This document shows positions 21,491-29,600 of a stretch of 64,000 bases of DNA, one piece after another (within the stretch, counting starts at the first letter, position 1; each line of letters starts with the position of its first letter). A program made the translations under genes and the position numbers. Under the pieces are notes generated by a model. That model saw nothing but the letters and a program-made list of their open reading frames with translations. It had not been told where the DNA came from and searched no databases. This stretch comes from an uncultured Gemmatimonadales bacterium (GTDB taxonomy: Bacteria > Gemmatimonadota > Gemmatimonadetes > Gemmatimonadales > GWC2-71-9). Location: positions 576,001-640,000 of the forward strand of contig CAWCFX010000004.1 of assembly GCA_963795085.1 (NCBI GenBank), in the 5' to 3' direction.

Positions 21491-22784
21491 GCAGCGTGCC
21501 CCGGAGCGCGTTGCCGGGGTTCGACTGGACCGAACTGACCACCACGTAGGCGGCCGCCAGGATGAAGAGCGCGGGCGTCACCGGATATCCCGGCGTCCGG
21601 AAGGCGCCGGCGGGCGTCGGGCCGATTCCCCGGGCCCGGTCCCGGGCCCGGAACACGTAGAGCGTCGCGACGGTCATGCCGAAGAAGATCCAATCCCCGA
21701 ACACCACATAGTCCACCAGGTCACCGTACTTCCCGGTGAGCGCCAGGCCGATCGCCCAGACCGCCTGGAAGACAATTGCCGCCGTCGGGGTCCGGTACCG
21801 GGGGTGCAGCCGGGCCATCCGGGGAAAGAAAAGGCCGTCGGCGGCCATCGCCTGGTACACCCGGGGCGACACCAGGATGACCAGGTTGAGAAACCCGAAG
21901 GTCGAGATGGCGATCCCGGCGGCGATGACGGTGCCGCCCGCCGGACCCACCGTGACCCGCATGGCATCGGCCGCGGGCGCGGTGCTCGCGGCGAGGCCGT
22001 CGATGCCCAGGGCCCGGATGTACGCCACGTTGGCGAGGACGTACACGGCGACGACCGCGACCACCCCGATGAGCAGCGCCCGAGGCAGGTTCTTCGGGGC
22101 GTCGATAATCTCCTCGCCTACGAAGTTGGTCTGCTGCCATCCGCCATAGGAAAAGAGCACCGGGACCAGGGCCCACCCTACGGCCACACCGATTCCCAGG
22201 AACCCGGCGGGGGCCGCCAGCGCCGGCGCCGGCACTGCAGCGCTCCCGCCGCTCCGGGCGAGGAAGATCCCAGCGCCAATCAGGAGTGCCAGCGGCACCA
22301 GCTTGAGCACGGTGAAGATGTTCTGGGTAATGGCGCCCGGCTTGACCCCGACGTAGTTGATCGCCGAGAGCAGCACGATGGCCCCGACGGCCAGGGGGAC
22401 GGTCGCCGACGCGGGCAGGTCCAGCAGGTTGATGGTGTAGTCCGCGAAAGTGACCGCGACGCCGGCGATGGCGCCGGTGGCGATGATCAGGAGCAGCGAC
22501 CACGCGTACAGGAATGCCGGCAGCTCGCCGAAGGCGTCCCGCAGGTACACGTAGCCTCCGCCGGCCCGCGGGTTCCGGTTCCCCAGCTCGCCATAACAGA
22601 ACGCGCCGATCAGCGCGATGACGCCACCGGCGATCCACACCGCCAGCGTCAGTTCGGTGGTGACTACCCGCCGGGCCACTTCGGCGGGGTTCCGGAAGAT
22701 GCCGGCGCCGATGATGCCGCCGATCACCATCATGACGCCGGAGAAGAGGCCGAGCCGGCGGGCATACTGGACGGGAGGGGTCAC
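21426..22784 (-). CDS. APC family amino acid permease (SteT/LAT-like)
   Basis: IIGAGIF, YGELG..PRAGGGYVYL, FSYGGW, PKNLPRA, LHPRYRTP. Likely GTG start at 22784. Confidence 0.92.
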   Translation of the reverse strand: MTPPVQYARRLGLFSGVMMVIGGIIGAGIFRNPAEVARRVVTTELTLAVWIAGGVIALIGAFCYGELGNRNPRAGGGYVYLRDAFGELPAFLYAWSLLLIIATGAIAGVAVTFADYTINLLDLPASATVPLAVGAIVLLSAINYVGVKPGAITQNIFTVLKLVPLALLIGAGIFLARSGGSAAVPAPALAAPAGFLGIGVAVGWALVPVLFSYGGWQQTNFVGEEIIDAPKNLPRALLIGVVAVVAVYVLANVAYIRALGIDGLAASTAPAADAMRVTVGPAGGTVIAAGIAISTFGFLNLVILVSPRVYQAMAADGLFFPRMARLHPRYRTPTAAIVFQAVWAIGLALTGKYGDLVDYVVFGDWIFFGMTVATLYVFRARDRARGIGPTPAGAFRTPGYPVTPALFILAAAYVVVSSVQSNPGNALRGTLLIGLGIPVFLFWKARSRQPAR

Positions 22785-22905
22785 CGGGTGCTCCTGGCTG
22801 ATCCGGGAGGGCGACAAGGAACGCGAGAATATAGCGGGGAGGGGGAGGGGGCTTGAGGGATTGCCACTGGGCGTCATATATTCTTGATCGACGCCGGAGA
22901 CATAT

Positions 22906-23391
22906 GTGATTGACGCCATTGATACCCAAATCCTGACGATTCTTCGGGACAACGCCAGAATATCGAACGTTGAGATATCCCGGCAGGTCGGTATGGCCCC
23001 TTCCGCCGTCCTCGAGCGGGTCCGCAAGCTGGAGTCCCGCGGGGTCATCACCGGCTATGAAGCCCGGGTCAGCCCCAAGGCCCTCGGCCTGGGGCTGCTG
23101 GCCTACGTGTTCGTCCGCGCCGAGGACCGGCTGGGCAGCGAGCAGTCGGGCGAGGCCCTGGCCCAGATCCCCGAGGTCCTCGAAGTCCACCACATCGCCG
23201 GCGAGGACTGCTTCCTGGTCAAGGTCCGCACCGCCGACACCGAGTCGCTGGGCCGGCTGCTGCGCGAACAGTTCGGCGCCATCAGCACCATTCGCTCCAC
23301 CCGCACCACCATTGTCATGAACACCATCAAGGAAACGGCGCAGCTCCCGCTGGAGTTACCGGTAGGAGCGGATTCCCATGACCCCGACTGA
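22906..23391 (+). CDS. Lrp/AsnC family transcriptional regulator
   Basis: HTH (ISRQVGMAPSAVLERVRKLE..GVITGY) and RAM domain (HHIAGEDCFLVKV). Confidence 0.93.
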   Translation: MIDAIDTQILTILRDNARISNVEISRQVGMAPSAVLERVRKLESRGVITGYEARVSPKALGLGLLAYVFVRAEDRLGSEQSGEALAQIPEVLEVHHIAGEDCFLVKVRTADTESLGRLLREQFGAISTIRSTRTTIVMNTIKETAQLPLELPVGADSHDPD

Positions 23392-24346
23392 GGCCGCGCC
23401 CAAGCGCTGGCACCTGATTCTCGCCTTCGCGTCGGTTTACCTGATCTGGGGCTCCACTTACCTGGCGATCAAGTTCGCCATCGAGACGATCCCGCCCTTC
23501 TTCATGGCGGGCGTACGCTTCCTGATTTCGGGCAGCATCCTGTACGCGTGGGCCCGGATGCAGGGTGCCGCCCGGCCCACCCGAATCCATTGGAAGTCCG
23601 CCGCGGTGGTCGGCGTCCTGCTGCTGCTGGGCGGTAATGGGGGCGTGGTCTGGGCGGAGCGGGTGGTGCCCTCCGGGGTCGCCGCCCTGATCGTCGCCAT
23701 TGTACCGGTGTGGATCGCGCTGCTGGAGTGGATGCGGCCCGGCGGCAAGAAACCGGGCTGGCAGGTGACGGCGGGCCTGGCCGCGGGGACCCTCGGCCTC
23801 CTGCTTCTCGCCAGCCCGGGCGAGGCCGCGCTGGGCGCGCGGGTGGATTTGGTGGGGGCCGCCGTCCTGGTCTTCGCGACCCTGTCCTGGGCGGTGGGGT
23901 CCATCCAGGCCAAGCATTCCCCGTTGCCCGACTCTCCCTGGCTGGCCACCGGCATGGAGATGCTGGCCGGGGGCGCATCGCTCATGCTGGTCGGGCTGCT
24001 TACCGGGGAAGCCGGCCAGCTCGACTTCGGCTCGATGTCTCAGAAATCGCTGCTGTCGATGATCTACCTGACCACGTTCGGGTCGCTGGTCGGGTTCACA
24101 GCCTACATCTGGCTGCTCCGGGTCGGCTCCCCCACCAGGGCCGCGACCTACGCGTATGTGAACCCGGTGGTGGCGGTGTTCCTGGGCTGGCTTCTGGCCA
24201 GCGAGGCCATCACGCCAAGAACTGTCCTGGCCACCCTGGTAATCGTGGGCGGGGTGGTGTTGATCACCAGCGCGCGTACCAGGGCTCCATCGGCCTCGGC
24301 GCCGGCCGACCCGGTCACGCCGCCGCTGGTCCCCAACCGCCGATAG
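23378..24346 (+). CDS. EamA/DMT family transporter (YedA-like)
   Basis: VYLIWGSTYLAI and YAYVNPVVAV; about 10 TM segments. Confidence 0.92.
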   Translation: MTPTEAAPKRWHLILAFASVYLIWGSTYLAIKFAIETIPPFFMAGVRFLISGSILYAWARMQGAARPTRIHWKSAAVVGVLLLLGGNGGVVWAERVVPSGVAALIVAIVPVWIALLEWMRPGGKKPGWQVTAGLAAGTLGLLLLASPGEAALGARVDLVGAAVLVFATLSWAVGSIQAKHSPLPDSPWLATGMEMLAGGASLMLVGLLTGEAGQLDFGSMSQKSLLSMIYLTTFGSLVGFTAYIWLLRVGSPTRAATYAYVNPVVAVFLGWLLASEAITPRTVLATLVIVGGVVLITSARTRAPSASAPADPVTPPLVPNRR

Positions 24347-24365
24347 GCCGCTCATGGGAGGCGCC

Positions 24366-24842
24366 ATGCATTCACGAATCGAGAGCCTGTTGCTGCTGCT
24401 GCACCAGGGGTGGGGGCCGCGCGCGTGGCACGGGACGGCCCTCAAGGGCGCCGTCCGTGGTGTGAGCGCGCGGCAGGCGCTGTGGCGGCCGGGGCCGGGG
24501 CGCCACAACATCCGCGAACTGGTCCTCCACATGGCCTATTGGAAGTATGCCGTCATTCGGCGGCTGACCGGCGAGACTCGCGGCGGTTTCCCCCGGGACG
24601 GGTCCAACTGGATCGAGGTGGCGGATCCTTCGGACCGGGGGTGGAAGTCCGATATCGCGCTGCTGCACGCCGAGCATGACCGGCTGGTCCGGACGGTCCG
24701 GGCCTTCCCGGTCCGCCGTCTGGATGCCAAAGACGGACTCCAGTGGACCTGCGCCGAGCAGATCGCCGGCGCGGCGGCCCACGATCTCTACCATACGGGA
24801 CAGCTGCAGCTGATCAAGAAACTCGCGCCCCGGCGCCGCTGA
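24366..24842 (+). CDS. DinB family protein
   Basis: AWHG, HNIRELVLHMAYWK, HDLYHTGQL. SD GGGAGG before ATG 24366. Confidence 0.85.
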   Translation: MHSRIESLLLLLHQGWGPRAWHGTALKGAVRGVSARQALWRPGPGRHNIRELVLHMAYWKYAVIRRLTGETRGGFPRDGSNWIEVADPSDRGWKSDIALLHAEHDRLVRTVRAFPVRRLDAKDGLQWTCAEQIAGAAAHDLYHTGQLQLIKKLAPRRR

Positions 24843-24878
24843 GGGAAGCGACCATCACCCCGCGGCCGCCCGGCATGC

Positions 24879-24924
24879 AAAAAAGCAGCGCTCACGACCT
24901 TCGTGAACGCTGCCTTTGTGTTTT
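24879..24924. terminator. Bidirectional intrinsic terminator between convergent dinB and ompA
   Basis: A6-GCAGCG(c)TCACGA-cct-TCGTGA(a)CGCTGC followed by a T-rich tract. A second GC hairpin lies at 24965-24994. Confidence 0.65.
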
Positions 24925-24999
24925 CGCTCCGCTATACCCGGGGCACAGGGCCTCCGGGGAACTACAGCGGGCGGGTACGGAGACCCGCCCGTTGCCGTG

Positions 25000-26463
25000 T
25001 TACTCGCCGCCGTCGGTCCGGACCAGCTCCACCCGGCGGTTCTGCTTCCTGCCCTCTTCGGTCGCGTTATCCGCGATGGGCTGCGTTTCGCCATAACCCT
25101 TGGAGGTCATGCGGGACGCGCTCACGCCCTTGTCCTGGAGGTACGCCCGGACTGACGCGGCGCGCCGCTCCGAGAGGTTCATGTTGTAGGAGTCCGAGCC
25201 CTCGCTGCTGGCATGGCCCTGGATCTCGAACGTGACGTCGGTGTTCGCGTTCAGCGACTGGGCCACGAAGTCGAGGATCTTCTTCGCGTCAATCGTGAGC
25301 TCGGCCCGGTTCACCACGAAGTTCACGCCTTCGAGGACGACGTTCTTCTTGCCCTCGACGAACAGCACCAGGCAGCCGTTGGGGCCCACCAGCATGCCCG
25401 CGGGCGTATCGGGGCAGCGGTCGGCGCTGTCGAGCACGCCGTCGCCGTCGGAATCGCGGGCCGGGCAGCCCTGGCCGTCCACCTTCTCGCCGGCCGGGGT
25501 ATTGGGGCAGCGGTCCGCCGCATCGGTGACGCCATCGCCATCCGAGTCAATCGGGCAGCCGGTCGCATCGACCGCGGTGCCGGCGGGCGTGTTGGCGCAC
25601 CGGTCGTTGGCGTCGATCACGCCGTCCTTGTCGCTGTCCAGCGGGCAACCGGTGGCGTCCACCTTCTGGCCGGCCGGGGTGTTGGCGCAACGGTCGGCAT
25701 CATCCAGCACGCCGTCGTTGTCGGAATCCTTGACGGGACAGCCGCTGCCGTCCACCCGGGTTCCCGCCGGGGTGTCGGGGCAGCGATCAAAGTTGTCCCG
25801 GACGCCATCGTTGTCGGTATCGGGGCAGCCGTTGGTGTCCACCGCGGCGCCGCGGGGCGTATCGGGGCACAGGTCGGCCACATCCAGCACGCCGTCGTGG
25901 TCCCGGTCCTTGGAGCCGTACCCGCCGAACAGCAGGCTCAACCCGGCGCGGGCGCCGTAGTTGATGTTGCGGTCCACGGTCGCGTCGTTGATCAGCGAGC
26001 CGGTCATGTAATCCATGGTGCCGTCCAACCGGAGGATCAGGTGGTCACCCATGCCGATCTTGAAGCCGGCCAGCGCGGTGAAGCCGCTCTCGCTGTTGTC
26101 ATAGAACTCCCCGAGCCGGGTGCGGACGTATCCGCCGCCGATGGCCAGCCGGGAGCGGCCGCCGATGGGGATGTTATAGACCAGCCGGGCCCGCATCGGC
26201 ATGACCGAGACTTCACGGTCCGCCGGAAGGGCGTCCTGGGTGGTCGAAGTCCGCGAAATGTCGGCTTCGAGGGCCAGGTTGCTCGCGAGGTAAATCCCGA
26301 GCTGGCCGCCAAAGCCGACCTTGTTGGAGAACTGCAGGCTCTGGTCGAACTGGGGATAGACACCATACGCGCCCAGTTCCACACTGCCCCCTTTTTGAGC
26401 CTCGAGCGGGGCGTTAAGTGTGAAGGCTGCGGCTGCCGCAATAACGATGTGTCTCCATGACAT
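25000..26463 (-). CDS. OmpA family outer membrane protein with thrombospondin type 3 repeats
   Basis: Signal peptide, N-terminal barrel, six D.D.DGV.D..D.CP.TP.G..VD..GC repeats, OmpA_C motifs NLSERRA and NRRVEL. Confidence 0.93.
   Translation of the reverse strand: MSWRHIVIAAAAAFTLNAPLEAQKGGSVELGAYGVYPQFDQSLQFSNKVGFGGQLGIYLASNLALEADISRTSTTQDALPADREVSVMPMRARLVYNIPIGGRSRLAIGGGYVRTRLGEFYDNSESGFTALAGFKIGMGDHLILRLDGTMDYMTGSLINDATVDRNINYGARAGLSLLFGGYGSKDRDHDGVLDVADLCPDTPRGAAVDTNGCPDTDNDGVRDNFDRCPDTPAGTRVDGSGCPVKDSDNDGVLDDADRCANTPAGQKVDATGCPLDSDKDGVIDANDRCANTPAGTAVDATGCPIDSDGDGVTDAADRCPNTPAGEKVDGQGCPARDSDGDGVLDSADRCPDTPAGMLVGPNGCLVLFVEGKKNVVLEGVNFVVNRAELTIDAKKILDFVAQSLNANTDVTFEIQGHASSEGSDSYNMNLSERRAASVRAYLQDKGVSASRMTSKGYGETQPIADNATEEGRKQNRRVELVRTDGGE
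25370..25912 (-). repeat. Six approximately 90-bp intragenic TSP3 (Ca-binding) repeats
   Basis: Visible tandem DxDxDG...C...GC units in the translation; boundaries approximate. Confidence 0.85.
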
Positions 26464-26675
26464 GGTCTAGTTCCTCGCTCCGTGAGAAAAGCAATGACGA
26501 CGTGAAATCTCCGGCCCTGTTTGGCCGGCTGACAGGGCTATATGTCGTACATCTCCCGAGATTTGTACGTGACTGCCGTCACCCATGGCGGCAGTGTGGC
26601 CCCCGTCACATGCAGAAATGAGGTGCATCACCACGCGAGCGCTTATCTTCCGGGGAATATCCTCCCGAGGGTTCC

Positions 26676-29600
26676 ATGCTTCCCGCCCGCTTCCTTTTGC
26701 TTGTGGGCCTCTCCGCCTATGCGGCGGACCCCGGCGACCCGCTGCGCGTTCTCCGGGTGACCCCGGCTGCCGATCCAGGGCCGGCCTCGGTCATCACCGT
26801 ATCGTTCGATCGCCCGGTCGCGGGGTCCCTCGACCGCACGGTTGATCCGGCGGCCATCTTCTCCATCTCGCCCGGCGTTCGAGGCAAACTGGAATGGCGG
26901 GATCCCATCACCCTTCGGTTCGTGCCGGCCGGTCTCCTTGAGCCGGGGACCGCCTACACGGTGACCGTCGCCCCGGCCTTTACCGCGATGGACGGCAGCC
27001 GCCTCGCCGAGCCGTTTGTCCATTCGTTCCGGGTCCGCGGTCCCGAAGTCCTGGCCACGTCGGTCAGCCAGGGCAACAGCCGGTACCTGCGTCCCGACGC
27101 CGGCTTCTCGCTGGCGGTCAGCGCGGCAGTGGATCCCCGGATCGTCGAGCGAGTCGTGTATCTCGAGTTCGAGGCGGCCTGTCCTACGCGGACCGTGCGG
27201 TTCCGGGTCACCGGCCAGCGGGGCATCGAGGACGCGGACGGCTGGGAATACCGCGAGGCCGGCGGCTGGGAGCGGAACCGGTCGCTGGATGGGCTCCGGC
27301 GGGTGGTGGAACTGCGCCCCGCCACTTCGCTGCCGCGTGGGTGCGAGGGCAACCTCGTTACGCCGGACCGGCTCGACCAGCTTGCGTCCGGGGAGCTGCG
27401 CCGGTTCGCGCTGGCGACCTACGGTGATTTCTGGATGCGGGGCACCAGCTGTCCCTGGGGGGAATGTCCTACCGGGCCGGTATCGGTTTCCTTCTCCACG
27501 CCGGTGAAAGGCGCCGAGGTGCTGCGGCGGCTTCGCCTGCAGCCGGCCACCCCGTTCACCATCAGCGACACGACCGACGAGCGCGCGGACTGGGTGCTGC
27601 ACGCGGGACTGGACCCGAGGACGGGCTATGCGGTCGTCGCCGATACCGGGCTGCACGACATCTTCGGGCAGCGGCTGACCTGCGGGCCGGCCGCCCCCCG
27701 GTGCGACGCCCGGATCCCCAAGGCGGTGGCTTTCTTCACCCCTGGCTATTCACCCACGGTGGACTATCCGTTCGGCCGCCTTACCGTCGAGCGGGATGGG
27801 TTTCGCACCCTGGCGGTGCGGCACATCAACGTGGACACCCTGATCGCCGCGATTGCGCCGGTGCCCGATTCGCTCGCGGCGATCTTTCTGGCCCGGTCGG
27901 AGTGGGGCTGGGATGATCTCTGGCCCCGGGTCAGCGCCGGCGCGGTGGTGCGCAAGTTCGTCGTGACCAACGAACGAGACCGGGCCCGCATCCATGGGAT
28001 TCCCCTGCCGCTCTTCAACGCCCAGCGGCCCGGCGGCCCCACGCTCCTCGCGGTGCGGGTGCGGGCTCCCAACCTGCCCGTGGCCGAGGGCGCCGCTCCC
28101 AGCCTCGGTCCGCTCGCCCTGGTGCAGGTGACCGACCTCGGCGTCCACGCGAAAATCGGCGTACAGGAAGGCCTGGTCTGGGTGACGCGGGCATCCGACG
28201 GCCAGGCCCGAAGCGGCGCCCGGGTTGAGCTGCGCAACCTGCAGGGCCGGCTCCTCGCATCGGGAACCACCGATTCGCTGGGGCTGGTCCGGCTTCACGG
28301 CTACCGGGCGCCGCCGGTGCCTGCCGAAGACGATGAAAACCCCGCCGGCAACCTCGAAGCGGTGGTGATCGCCACCCACGGCGGCGACCGCGCAATCACC
28401 GCGATCAACCAGTACGATCCCGACCTGAGCCCGTGGCGGTTCAACGTCTGGAGCGCGTGGCAGCAGGGGCGAGTGCCCATGGCCGGCGCGGTCTTCACCG
28501 AACGCGGCATCTATCGTCCCGGCGAATCGGTTTATGCCAAGGCCATTCTCCGGCAGGGCCCGCTCGGCGCTCTGCGCGTGCCGGAGCGGGGCGACTCGCT
28601 GCGCTGGATCTTCTACGACCGGGAGCGGGGCACGCTGGAACAGCGCCACGTCCCGGTGTCGAGGTTCGGCACCGCGGACCAGGTATTCCGGCTGCCCGAT
28701 GACCTGCCGCTGGGCGACTACTCCCTCGAAGTCCAGTTCCAGTGGGGCCGGGACTGGCTGGAGCTGGCGACGACCTCCTACCGGGTGGCCGAGTACCGGC
28801 CCCCCGAGTTCCTGGTGGGCGTCACCGCTGATTCGGGGCCGCTGTTCGCGGGTGGCCGCCTGGCCGGCGCGATCGAATCGCGGTACCTCTTCGGCGCCCC
28901 GATGGCTCGTGCGGCCGTGGCCTGGACCGCGCGGCTTGCGCCAGCCGCCGGCTGGGAGGCCGCCATTCCCTCGCTGGCGGGATACCACGTGGGCGAAACT
29001 GACAACTGGTGGGAAAACCAGTCCGGCCAATCGGGCACGACCCACCTGGCAACCGGTACCGACACGCTGGACCAGGCGGGGCGGCTGGCGGTGGCGGTGG
29101 ACATCCCCGCCTTGCCCAACGGGCGGCCGGCGCGGGCGACCCTCCAGGCCGTGGTGACCGACGTGAACCGGCAGGCCATCGGCAACGCCGTGTCCGTCCT
29201 GGTCCATCCCGCCGATTTCTACCTCGGCGCCAGGCCCGCCGGCTCCAGCTACTTCTGGAAAGCCGGTTCTCCGGAGCGTATCGCGGTGCTGGCGGCGCGG
29301 CCATCGGGGGCCACGGTGAGCGGCGTCCGGGTGGAAGGCTCGATCGTCCGGCGCGAGTGGCACCGGGTACGCCGGGAACGGGCCGGCATTGCGGAAGAGG
29401 TGGGCCAGTGGGTGATGGATACGGTCGGCGCCTGCAACGTGACAACGGCGGCGGCTCCGGTTTTCTGTACCTTCACGCCCGAGAAGGGCGGCATCTACGT
29501 CGTTTCGCTCTCGGCCCGCGATCCCCAGGGCCGGCAGGCCGCGACCAGCTTCAGCCGCTGGGCCTCCGGCAGCGACTGGGTTCCGTGGAACGATGAAAAC

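Noticed and set aside
26543..26573. Imperfect inverted repeat in the ompA/A2M divergent intergenic region
   Set aside because: Too degenerate to call an operator or riboswitch without comparative data.
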